64,000 nucleotides of DNA from contig CM035353.1 in the NCBI GenBank assembly GCA_020137815.1, positions 5,332,001-5,396,000 on the forward strand. Reading direction: 5' to 3'. The number at the start of each line of letters is the position of its first letter. Positions within the stretch are counted from its first letter, which is position 1. Both the position numbers and the translations under genes were made by a program. The notes beneath the pieces were generated by a model. It searched no databases. It was not told the DNA's origin and saw only the letters and a program-made list of their open reading frames with translations. Shown piece after piece: positions 49,606-61,301 of this stretch. Origin of the DNA: Hormiphora californensis. Lineage: Eukaryota; Animalia; Ctenophora.

Positions 49606-50629
49606 CTACTGTCGTGGAGGTCCACCGGGTGGGGGTGGTTCTTGCATTGTATCATATCCAGGTCCTTCCCCACCCTCTATTAACACCTGGAACGTTATTG
49701 AAACCGCTAAATGAAAGCTTTCGGAAATGCATTTCAAATTATTTAAAATGGTATCAAGCAAATCTCAAGATAAAATCCATCATTCACATAGTATCCTAAT
49801 TCACGATTTAATGACCACAATGGTTTTACAATGAGTTAATTATTGAGTTAATTAATGAATTACCTGTTCTAAGTTCTCGTCATCGTATGGTGATGAACAG
49901 CAACATGAACAGCAACACTTTCTATCCTCACGACACGTGTAGCAACACGTGGAACAGCATCTGAGGAGGGGGGGGGGTCAGCATCTGAGGAGCGGGGGGA
50001 GGGGTCAGCATCTGAGGAGGGCCGGGAGGGGGTCAGCATCTGTGGAGCGGGGGGGGGGGTCAGCATCTGAGGAGGGCCGGGAGGGGGTCAGCATCTGTGG
50101 AGCGGGGGGAGGGGGGGGGGGTCAGCATCTGAGGAGGGCCGGGAGGGGGTCAGCATCTGTGGAGCGGGGGGGGGGGGGGTCAGCATCTGAGGGGCGGGGG
50201 GATCAGCATCTGAGGGGGGTCAGTTCGAGATTGGAGCTGCAGGCAGTATGAATATTATCTTAACTGTAGTAAACAAACAATTACGATATATAGGTACTAA
50301 TCAACAATTCAATACAGACACTAGCATGTGTGTTACACTTTTACAGACACGGCTGGGAGTTGCTCACATAACGTTGGTGCTTACACATTTACACACACGC
50401 TGAACTATACGAGATGAAGCTAAACTGTAAAATGGCGATCCATAAACGAGTTGATTCTAAAAACATGCTCCAAATTTCTAACATTTCCCAAAACATTGAA
50501 ATCAAAATATGCTGGATAAGGATTAAAAATTAGTTACCTTCCATGCCTGCCACAGCTGAAGTACCAAATAACACCAATTATCACAATAAAGATGATAGTG
50601 GTAAATGCTCCCACCCATTCATACGACAT
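49606..50629 (-). CDS. Small TM + Cys-string protein, paralog 1; exons 50629-50538, 49960-49864, 49686-49606
   Basis: MSYEWVGAFTTIIFIVIIGVIWYFSCGRHGRCCSTCCYTCREDRKCCCSCCSSPYDDENLEQVLIEGGEGPGYDTMQEPPPPGGPPRQ; GT-AG, phases match; absent from the ORF track. Confidence 0.85.
49955..50223 (-). repeat. 10 tandem copies (23-34 bp) of branch point, poly-C, AG and first 6 exon nt
   Basis: Minus-strand unit ac-ccc...ctc(ct/ca)cag|atgctg; cagcatctg on + at 49955, 49979, 50006, 50034, 50061, 50089, 50123, 50151, 50181, 50204. Confidence 0.93.
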
Positions 50630-50959
50630 CTTGACTAAAATATATTTAATATGCGGTGAAATTAAAGGCTCCTCTGACTATCGAAAATGGAAGAGATGGT
50701 AAATAAATTGATCGAAAATACAAAACATAAAAGTAAAACATTTTAGTTAAGTTGGTTTATTCCTCCTTTAGAGGGTAATTAGGTGATATGGGTTGTAGTT
50801 ATTTTATTTCAATACACAATGTAAGCTTAAAAACACAGCTCAAAGCAATCTATGTTAATCTATGGATTAATCAATCCTGACTCAATCAGGCTCTCGACTT
50901 GTATTAAGCATTTCCACTCATTTCAATATTCGATCAAGCTATATAGTTCATTCTCCACA

Positions 50960-51316
50960 CTAATACTGATAAAGTTCCTCCGTTGTACCTTCCTCTTCTG
51001 CATATATGCTTGTACAACAACAACTGCAGCAGCAATTGAGATCCTTTCGGCATCGGTAGCAGCAGATACAGCAGAACCGACCCGTTTTCTTATAGCATTT
51101 AGACCTGCATCATTTTGTGATCAATATTTGTTTGTTTCGCGGTATTGAATTTGATGGCAATTAATTTTTGCTTTTTACCGAAATAAAGTGGCTTAATAAA
51201 TATGCAGAGAAGATAAAATTTGCTCATTTGCTGATTTCAGCTTACCATGGAATGATAGCTATCAAGGCCGCCGCTCCAAGGATAACAATGATGACAATCA
51301 AAATCAGATAGGACAT
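50960..51316 (-). CDS. Small TM + Cys-string protein, paralog 2; exons 51316-51246, 51104-50960
   Basis: MSYLILIVIIVILGAAALIAIIPWSKCYKKTGRFCCICCYRCRKDLNCCCSCCCTSIYAEEEGTTEELYQY. Confidence 0.83.
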
Positions 51317-51846
51317 ATTTCATTCGGAGTGCATCAACCTCGCTCATTGGGACATCGTACTATTACATTAATTGTATGGGAAAGTTATTTGGACGAAATT
51401 GTATAATATGAAAAATATTTACTGAACCATGAAAATAATTGTTTCTACATTGTAACTACAATAACACATTTTTACAAAAATTATGTACATTCATTCACTA
51501 ATCAAATTCAGAACCAAGAATAAACAAAAACATACATTAAAGCTTTATAAAGCTTCGAGCTAAACCATTGAAATAAATCAAAGTACTGGAGCAATTGTTA
51601 TAGAGAACAACAGTAAAAATATTGCCTATTGTTATGGGTATTCCTCCTTAAGATTCTATCTGAAGGATTTGTTAATTAACCTAGTTTTCTACATCTAAAG
51701 TCCCAGCTGTGATACTGCAATACAATTGCAGTAGAATGTATAAGTTAAGATTGCCCAAAAAATAATGTCTCAATTATTAGTCTGCCAGATAAATGTATGG
51801 AAAGTGATCAGGGTCGTGAAGATATAATGACCAACCATGGAAACTC

Positions 51847-52252
51847 TCAGTTTTCTCCAACAAAAGTTTCGGGATTGTTGGACATGGAATTGTAGCCGAG
51901 ATCTCTGTTTTCCTCCAGGATCGCTTCAATGTCCTCATTTGGTCCCGCACAACAACATGCGCAACAACACCTGGAATATAATGATCAAGTCAATATATAT
52001 TTTTCTATTCATTCAAGATATATTAGATAAATCATTGTTGGAAATTTAAAATCAACAATCACGACACTCCTACAATACGAATCTCGGAGAATATAGCTCA
52101 TTAGCTCACCTTGCATCTTCACGGCAATTGTAGCAGCATTTACAGCATATTCGATTAAATCTGCAACAGGTGAAGTACCAAATAATGATAACGACAGCTG
52201 TTATCACAACGATAGGGATTACCACAGCACAAACAATAGCTGTAGAACTCAT
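51847..52252 (-). CDS. Small TM + Cys-string protein, paralog 3; exons 52252-52110, 51970-51847
   Basis: MSSTAIVCAVVIPIVVITAVVIIIWYFTCCRFNRICCKCCYNCREDARCCCACCCAGPNEDIEAILEENRDLGYNSMSNNPETFVGEN. Confidence 0.85.
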
Positions 52253-52585
52253 CTTGGTGCTACTGCAGCTGTTATCCTAATAGCATTAATTTAACCTACA
52301 GAGAAGTGTGGGTGTTTTATTAACATTTTATCGGAATCAGTTCAACACAAATAAATCTAATTATGATGAAAGATAAAATTTTACAAATGCCGTTCAATAT
52401 TTTATTGTTCAATGATCAAATTGTCCATATTTTGATAGGGAGAATCATCTGCCTGCAGAGGCTCCGCTTCAAGCAAAGCTTGTACCCTGAAAGATATAAG
52501 CCACGTTAGAACTCAAAATTATATTCAAATAACTTATTATTTACTGATTGTAGACATTTATAATTCTTGATACCTGATATTTTAA

Positions 52586-52974
52586 TCACTGTATCTTCAC
52601 TAGTACCTCCTCCTGTTGAGTCGGCAGTTGGTGGTGATCACTAAAGTCCAGTAGCACTGCATCATCACAATGGTCCCTTATAACTGGCTCATCAGGATCC
52701 AGACCACTCATGTACCTGCATTATGATTAATACAATCAACACAATATCTATCTTGAAGAGGAAAGCAATGATTAAGCAGTACTAATATTATCTAATAATA
52801 TCTTGTTGATCATATATTTTGTGGGCTGCATACATACCGGGAGTATTCATATTGTTCTGTCTGAATGATGGTATTGGTTGCGTAGGTGAAGAGAAATATT
52901 GCAGCTAGGATTATGTAGGCAGTGATAAAGATGACAAAGATTACTATTATCAGCACTATTAACCACGTCAGCAT
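52586..52974 (-). CDS. Small single-pass membrane protein; exons 52974-52838, 52715-52586 (3' end uncertain)
   Basis: MLTWLIVLIIVIFVIFITAYIILAAIFLFTYA...QYEYSR / YMSGLDPDEPVIRD...; phase-2 GT-AG junction. Confidence 0.6.
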
Positions 52975-53118
52975 CTCCTGAAAGTAGTCCAGTAATTAGA
53001 TCATAAAATACAAAGGTTGTACCTTGTTTTTTCAATGACGATTAGCTAAGGCTAATAATTATAATTAGTTAATATCAATACTAGTATTAAGGCAATTATG
53101 GTACGTGCAGTTACCTTA

Positions 53119-53211
53119 TTATTCCTGACAGCAGCAGATTGGTGTAAGGCTTACAAAATAAAGACCGATGACAACAAAAATCACAATAAGAGAGAGGAGG
53201 GCGATGGACAT
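53119..53211 (-). CDS. 30-aa TM micropeptide ending CCCQE, or a frameshifted first exon of the 52974 gene
   Basis: MSIALLSLIVIFVVIGLYFVSLTPICCCQE; donor-like aag|gtaact 4 nt after the stop. Confidence 0.45.
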   Translation of the reverse strand: MSIALLSLIVIFVVIGLYFVSLTPICCCQE

Positions 53212-55384
53212 TCTCCCAAAATCATATGTGGTATAGCTAAGGAACAGTAATTATTATAATACTAAACGTATACTGGACAAGATTCCCTAACTACTATCCA
53301 CACTAATTTCTCTATCAAACAACAAATTTATCTAATCCTGATCAGACATGTACTGGTTTATGGAATGAAACTAGACTATATGCAGCAAACAAGCAGAGAA
53401 ATATGTAAACATGTAATGATCGGGTTGACATTGTCTCAATCTAGATTGCAAAACCATGAGTTGATCGCGTTGTGCAAAAAAAAGATCCCGGAAACGCAAA
53501 CAAAATACTCGAGAGAGAGTGTATCGTGTAAGCCTTTACGTGATACCAGCCGTGATCAGCTGTTACACGCGTGCACTTCGAAATCGAGCGAGGCTAAGAA
53601 AACCCAAAAAATGGTTTTTATACGCTATACACTAAAAACTCCGACCCGCCGGTATAAAGAAACTAGAACTTTTTATTACTAAAGTGTTACTAAAGTGTTT
53701 CCGAAGTGTGTGATCCGAAGTGTGGCTGATAGCCCCCTAACCAAGGTGTGACCATTTATATCATAAAGAGATTCAAAGATTCAAAGATTCAAAGATTCAA
53801 ATTAAAAGTTTATTTAACAATTAATTTCGTCACGTCACTGTCATGGTACATTTGGACCACTGTTGGTTATTTATTCGTACCTTATCATCGCTGGGATGAT
53901 TAAATCAAAGGTATAGGGATGGTTGAGGGGTAACTCCGACTTTTGTGCTCCAAGCACGGGTGTCGGGTATGACAGAAGTCCGCATGTAAGGTGATGTCTT
54001 AAGAGCCAGCTTAAAAAAGCATCGGATATAACCAAATTCCATATGAAAATGTGTATGACGGACTGTATAACGGATCGTTTCAATAGCTTGCTGAAAAAAA
54101 GCCCTAACCAAGCTAGCGGGAGGGAACATAAGAGCTGAAACGGGCATACGATGGAAGTATGACTTGGTGTCATGAAAGTGAAGTTAATTGTAAACTTAAA
54201 ATCTGGTCGTTTAATTATGAAGGTAGGGCGACAGAGTGTGTAATTCCGAACCAAAGTTGCCAAGAGTTATATACCTCGAGGTTCCACGCCATCTCAGTCA
54301 ATCAAGTCTGGTAAATCGAGGTTTGATAGATATTTTATCTTGTTAGTTCATGTACTATATGTGGCCTGCACTGGTATAGTTGAAGTGTACGTGTGCTAAA
54401 TTATTATAACAACTTATAGCTTCAGCTTGATATGGCCGGAAGTTCAGTTGCCATTTAGACCCTTAAAAGTTTAAGTAATTCGGTATAAAAAGACTAAAAG
54501 TGATATAATTGGTGTTTGTTTTGCAGAGCAGTGCCTCGGCTATTTTGTAAAAATAAATCAATAAATGCCAAGGGAGGGTTCGAGCTATTATATACAATAT
54601 ATGATTTTACGGAACTTTTCCAATCGCCACTGCAGCGGCCATACCCTTTTATAATCAGAAGACGATTGGTATTGATTCTATATTATTATAAATGTATAAT
54701 GGTAGATATATAATAATTTTATGCTGTATATGGCATACTATTAATAATATTAAAATATCGTTTCTAAAGAGCCATACTCTGAGAGTTTTCTTGATTTTGT
54801 ATCTTTCGCACTCTTACCTCACCACGTTAGCAATTCTCGTAAATTAGATCTCAATAAAACCTGTAACGAGCTGCTAGGATCGGTCGTTAGCTGAAACCGA
54901 AGCTATAGGAGCAATACTGATCAGTTAATTTTTCAGTTTTCTAGAAAGTCAAGTTACAGCAGGGTACTACTGTAGTATAGTACGGTCCTCTAGTAACTAT
55001 AATGTACTTGCGGATCATATCATGATACATTGAATATTGTACAGCCTACTCAATTCGTATCATGAATCGTAAAAAAGATTTTGTTTCGTTTCTCCCGAAA
55101 AGGAGCCTGTTCTAACCTAGCCATATCAGACCGTAATTGAAGATAAGCATGACCCCTTAGAACTCATGGCTACATATGTATTATCGAAAGTATTGTGTAC
55201 TTTCGATTAATCAATGTAGCCATGAGTTTTAAGGTATGAGTTCTTTAAGGGTTTTTAAATTATAACCATTATTAAATTTAGCCTTTATTTCCACCTAACA
55301 GACAACCGGACAGACTTACAACCACCTTCGATCTTCTCTCCCCCAACCAGTCGTAACGTTCCTATGGCTACAGAACAGCGCTCC

Positions 55385-55718
55385 AACGAGAGAGAGCGGT
55401 CAGGGACACATCAAAGAGGAGAGAGTCGAGCGTCAGCAGACGCAGACGAGATGAGGAGACAGAGAGCAGTGAGAGGAGTCGAGAGAGAGAGAGCGAGAGC
55501 AGGAGAGACAAGTAGAGAGATGGAGGACACATCAGAGAGCCGAGAGAGAGAGAGAGACGAAGAGTAGCATGAGAGGAGAGAGGAGAAGATGCTACAGGGC
55601 CGTAGAGCTCCTCAGCATCGTCAGAGCCGAGACGGCAGACGAGAGAGCTCAGAGCAGAGAGAGAGATCTAGAGCTCGAGACTCATATCGATGTCTCGAGT
55701 CTCTCTCAGCTTCATGAC

Positions 55719-55797
<79 letters not shown>

Positions 55798-55815
55798 CCT
55801 CTCTCTCTCTCTCTC
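55385..55815. repeat. Degenerate (GA)n tract followed by a (CT)n tract (inverted arrangement)
   Basis: Noisy GA-rich 55385-55670, palindromic centre ctcgagactcatatcgatgtctcgag, clean CT run 55720-55815. Confidence 0.8.
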
Positions 55816-56538
55816 AACACGTGGTTAATGCCCAATAAAAGGATGCACAATTGAGTTGCAACTCCATGCAGACACAAAGGCCGGGGACCATAGCACGCGA
55901 AAAGATCTCCACGGAAACAAGGCATTGAGCGGATATTAAAGGTCAGCTGGGAGAGCCGGAGAGAGAATAGAAAAAAGGAAAGTGGCATTAATACGTCACT
56001 CATTTGACGGTTGTTCTTTGTATCTTTACACACACGTACACACACACTCGAGTAGGCCTTTATTTTTTCAAGTGCTAATTTAACGTGTGTGTGTGCCTTT
56101 TTTACTGTTCATTAACTGGCCCAAGGTTACTTATAATTATAGCACTACAGTAGCCTTCGAATTGTAATCAATATTTGCTATATAGAGTTGCTGAGCAAAA
56201 TTGTAACGCTCCACGACATCGGGAACCATGTATGCCAACAGGCAGCGTTTGTTTAGGCACCGAGATTTTCTCAGCGACATTTTATGCTTTAATTCTTGTT
56301 CAACTCAGATTTACGAGCTTCTTTTACCTACCTAGTATACCTGGCGCAGTTCGAACACAATTGATCCCCCTAAATATCTAGGCCGGATTGCTGCTGCTTT
56401 TCCAGGAAAGAAAATTGTTAGTACTATGGTATAAAGCTCTCGGCACGGGATATGGAGTTTCATGAGCATCTCGCGCATCTTTTTAGGTAAACCGTTTAGA
56501 GTACTTTAATTATATGCTTATATTACATGTCGATACAA

Positions 56539-56787
56539 CCCTAGTAAACACACGATGTCGGTAAGTTGCATTTACCGCTCAGTAACTGTCGGTATACCGA
56601 GACTTACTGAGCGGTAAATGCAACTTACCGTCGCGCGGCGCTATTTACCGACGGTTTACTGAGCGGTGAAATTGAATGAAACTTTTTGTCACACGCAAAT
56701 CTAAAATTTAATGTTTTGGTCCAAAAGTTGATACCGACACTTACTGAGCGGTAAATGCAACTTACCGACATTGCGTGTTTACTAGGG
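56539..56787. mobile_element. 249-bp MITE, CCC...GGG ends, 2-bp TSD (animal EnSpm/CACTA-type)
   Basis: TIR ccctagtaaacac / gtgtttactaggg; AA on both sides; subterminal ttactgagcggtaaatgcaacttaccg repeats. Confidence 0.82.
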
Positions 56788-56911
56788 AAGTAAAGTGATT
56801 CCAGAATCCAGATTTTCATAAATGACATCTATTAAATGTTTTTTGATTTCTTATTTTTGGGGTTAAGTACCCCATTTATTGATCTGTTACACATGTCATT
56901 GTTCTGCACAG

Positions 56912-58612
56912 GAGCGTTTACGAGGAAGAGAGGAACAAGATCACTTCAGTGGATTTCATTGAACTTTTTGATACCACTACCAATAGGTAAAACATTGAAT
57001 GAGTTTAGTATTAGGTTAGGTTTGTCTAATTATACTTGAGCTTTAGGTCAATGATGCAAAAATTAGGGGGTTTGATATAAAATGTCATACATGTATCCAT
57101 GTGTATCCATGTCTACAATAGTTTGACTATAACAGTATGAACTGTGTCTGATATTTAGGAGATCACGTTCAGTCCACACGTGTTAATCGATCCGTACACT
57201 CTTGTCACACCATCACATCTTCCAATTATTATCATCTGCATGTGTGTTGTACCTGAAATCTTTCCTTCTCTTCAGCTATATCTCTCTATTATAGTTCTCC
57301 CTACCTCCCTATCTCTCAATAGTTCTCCCTACCTCCCAGGCCCAGCTCGTTCCCTTCTCCGTCAATTCAGTAGTTAGTCTGGGTAATCATGGTGTACACT
57401 AGCTCGAAGAAGCATCCACTAGACATGGTGACTAAATACCCATTACATTACACATATCGACTAGTTGCATGCGATGATCTTATTACAGGATAACATATTC
57501 CAAATGTGTTCGTTTTTATGTGCCGTGATTTGTCTTAGGGTTTTTGAACTCATTAACGTTTTGATCCCATTAACTGCTTTGTATAACGATCTTTGTTTGT
57601 TTACCCAACTCCTTATTAACATGTTTACAGGATACCTGGTGTTGTTGATGTTATGGGTGACCCTATTAACAGCTATATATTTGATAATGTGAGTGCAGTG
57701 TGCTATAATATTGGGGGAAACAGTCGTGACTGAACCTCAGGTTCATGTCACGGCTATTTACCACACAACATTTTAATCAAATATTTCCTTGAAAACTGCC
57801 CGCGATGTGAAACATTTCTCCTAATAGTGAAGTTACTAACTCTATGTAACTGCTTCAGACAACTTCGATAACCTATGGAAAGAATGGGACTCTATCAGGT
57901 AGAACTATAGAATGAATTTAATATATGTTTATACCAAATTTGTTCAAATTACAACACCTACTAAACGACCTGAATCACGTCCAACTCCATAATCGTCTTG
58001 CTCTATAGTGCTATTCTTATTGTCCTAGAACATGATGACTTAGTCGGGTGACCGTGAAATTCCCTGTTTAATTTTTCTAATTCACAATTCAAGCGATGCG
58101 AATAATTAATTTTAGTGTACAGATGCGTTTAAACAATCATTTTGTAGGTTCTGCAGATTCGGGTATGGATGTTGGTCAGGATCACCTGGGTGCCATGGTA
58201 ACAATAACTCCACCTGATCATCTGGCTACCATGGTAACAATGATTCCACCTCCCATTCCGGAACGTTCTCCTACTGCAGCTGATAATGAGGTGGTCCTTG
58301 ATATAGAGGAAACGCTAGATGAAGGTGCGTGTGTTGTTCATGTGCAGTCATTTCCCAAAAAGAATCATTTTTCAGTAATTTAGATTTTCAGTTTATGAAT
58401 TGTTTTATTCTAGAATTTTTCCTATAAGTGTAGAAATTGTTAAATTTCAATGGCTCTTTTGTTACAAAATGAAATAAAAATATATGTCTTTACATTCAGG
58501 TGATTTAGTGGTAATGCGGCCCCCGGACAGCCCACAGTTTTCTATGACTGCACTCATGGACATTTTTCGGACGACCAATAAAGAGTTTCTCGACTCACGG
58601 GTAAGCGACTGA
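56912..58612 (+). CDS. 3' part of an uncharacterised multi-exon gene (exons approx. 56912-56986, 57631-57688, 57859-57898, 58149-58324, 58500-58612)
   Basis: Phase-compatible GT-AG chain SVYEEERNKITSVDFIELFDTTTNR / IPGVVDVMGDPINSYIFDN / TTSITYGKNGTLSG / SADSG...PPPIPERSP...LDEG / DLVVMRPPDSP...; start not found. Confidence 0.55.
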
Positions 58613-58850
58613 AATGCATTCTGTGTAGCGTTTTCACTAGCATAAAGAGGAGACCAGGCTAGTTTAGGTTTATTTAAACATTCATAGACATATGCTTTGA
58701 ATTTTCAAAATGCAATTTACCACAAAGTACATTATGGCGACAATTAATTAACAATTAATTAACAATTAATTAACAATTAATTGATTGGGTAATCCAGCGT
58801 TCTTCACAACTTTATGGAGTGTCTATAAAACAGGGATTTACGAGGGAATA

Positions 58851-60379
58851 TTATGTTCCTCGGCACTGGCACCCGAATGGCCTCTTTCTAACTCCCACAT
58901 AACTATCATCAAAGGTACCCCACCGACTAACGGCCAGTGCATCCTGTCCTGTCTCTCTAAACGGTCCCAGATATGATGCGTTGTCATTGCCTGCTTTGAC
59001 CTTCCAAGGTATGTCCCAGTCTGCATCGACCTCAACTCCATCATCCACCCACTCCCACTCTCCCTCATCATTTAGGTCCGTGCCTCCCAACCAGATCCAA
59101 TTAGCTGGTGCCCAAGTGGACAGACTGGTGTCTCGAGGACCCAGGAAGACATCAGCCACCATAAGGAATTCAGACAGCTCGCTTTTGTTTCGTATCTTGG
59201 CGAGAGTAAGCCCTGCTGTCTCACAATGCTCCTTGGCTCCCTCCCACGTCCTGAGAATGTACGGTGTTTTGATGGTGATACTATAATATAGTAACTATAT
59301 AGTAAATATATAGTAACTATATAGCATAGTGGTGTTTTATTGGTGATACTATAGTGATTGATGATAAGGGTGGAGAGAACTGCAGTATCCCCACATTTGT
59401 ATACCTGTGAACACCTGAAACTACGTATTTCCCCTGATAATCACAGGCGTAAGGGTGTGTCTTGAAGGTATAGGAGTCATCCCAAACACCGTCATGGTTC
59501 GCTCTCATTTGATGCTGCCAACAATATGGTTTCTCGTCGCACCCACTCTTCCCATACTTCAGTGCTCTAGCGTCCGGCATCTCTGTGGGAAGGAGGAGGG
59601 GGTATCTTGGAGGAACTTGGCATCTATAATAGACGATCCTTATTGGAGCTCTCTGCTTGGAGTATGTCATACAAGTATATAATTCTGGGGAATCTAGTAC
59701 ATAATTCAATATTATATACATAGCTTACTTCTCATCCACTTTTTATAGTCCCCTGGATTTTCCCCGTTACTCCACTGCCAATCATCACTAACGTACCCAT
59801 TCTGCTCCTCCAGGTTATTTACCTTCCTGGGGGGGGATGATGACAATTGACAAGGATAAGAGGAAGTAACTACCTTAACTTGTAGTTTACCTTACACATA
59901 ATAATTGTAGTTTACCTTAAATATCAAACAAAATGAGTACACGTACCTTAGTCCGGCCCATGTCCATCTCTCACTGCTCCACTTTTTGGGGTAATCCGCT
60001 TTCGGGTAGGCCATTTCCAACAGGACTTTGAGAGCGGCTGTCTTGTTCTCGTTAGCAATGGTAACCAGGTTGCCTTGCGAGTAGCCCCAACCCAACGTAA
60101 AGTTCTTACATGCCGAATCAGCCTCGTTATAATCAACCTATAATGACATTTGGAGGAGGATATGTTAACGGAATCAGCAGGATATGAAACCAAGAGACTT
60201 ACAATTTTCGAAAAGAGGGCAATCTCACAAGTCATGTAAACACCATCAGGCAGGAAATCCTTGACGAGCCTCTTGAAACCAAGGAGCTCTGTCTTGAACT
60301 CCCTCAATGATAGGTTCACCTTCCCACCGTCCACAACAGCTCCAGTCAGGACAAGGAGGAGGAGGAGGAGGTGCGGCAT
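58851..60379 (-). CDS. Secreted protein with two tandem C-type lectin-like domains; exons 60379-60203, 60137-59947, 59826-59729, 59582-59405, 59250-58851
   Basis: Signal peptide MPHLLLLLLVLTGAVVDG. Domain 1: YNEADSAC..LVTI..WAGLRK..WQWSNG..WDD..PYAC. Domain 2: TWEGAKEHC..LAKI..WLGGTD..EGEWEW..FDD..PFGCQC. All phases match. Confidence 0.9.
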
Positions 60380-60626
60380 ATTGGAATAGGCTACGATGGA
60401 ATATGGAGGGCGGGGTCGCCACGTATCACTGATAGCTGGAGAGACTATTACTAAACTCACTGATTTTGGTGTTGAACCCCGATCGAAGGATATAACGTGA
60501 TTTCATCTATCAAGGCGGGCCGCCTCCTCCCAAACAAACCCTCCCTTTGTTTCCAGTTGCAGTATGAGATTGTTACTATTTACAGTCCTATGTTGCCTGT
60601 TTTCAAGCTATTTCCTCATAGAGATA

Positions 60627-61173
60627 CCGTGTGGGGCAATAAAAAGTCCCCCCCCAAGTCTACCATAGTTCCAGATATTGTGGAGTTCTAAAATTTGGTA
60701 CAGTAACTCTATGAGACAAATAAATAACTTGACCAAAGTTTCAGACCTCTAGCTCAAAATTCATTTTTTTGATCGAAATGAACATTGTCATTCATTCCAG
60801 GAAAAATATTTACGGTCCAAAATTTAGCCAATTATGCTTGGCTATCGATAAGCTTTCCAATGTGACCGAGATCAGTTAAATTAGACAACCACAAGAGATA
60901 CAGTGTCATGTTTCCTAAAGTGAGTCAGGTCATGTGATCCTCACCGAATCGTTGAGTGTTCAGTATTGCGAATCGTGATCGGAGAATCACGGCTGCTAAT
61001 GAGGGCCAGGGATGACGATGCTGATTGGTCATGCGATCTGCAGCTCTTTGATAATTGTCCTCTTTCCTCGAATCACATCACCCTGAATTGGTACACATAC
61101 CTCATTAGCGGCCGTGATACGAGATTCCCCTGCCCCTTGGCCCAAGGGGTGGACTTTTTAATGCCCCACACGG
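60627..61173. mobile_element. 547-bp Tc1/mariner-type MITE (TA TSD)
   Basis: TA-ccgtgtggggcaataaaaagtcc ... ggactttttaatgccccacacgg-TA. Confidence 0.85.
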
Positions 61174-61301
61174 TATAATTATATTCAATGTTTGGTGAAT
61201 GGGATCCAGCCGCCCGGGGAGCCTATACTAGACTCTCCTTCAAACAATATGAAATTAATTTTACTCAATTAAGGCATTGATAAAATCATATTATGAACGG
61301 T

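Noticed and set aside
59281-59325. tatatagtaac repeats as another acceptor array
   Set aside because: They end ~30 nt before the phase-compatible acceptor (59251) and include no exon sequence; simple AT-rich repeat.
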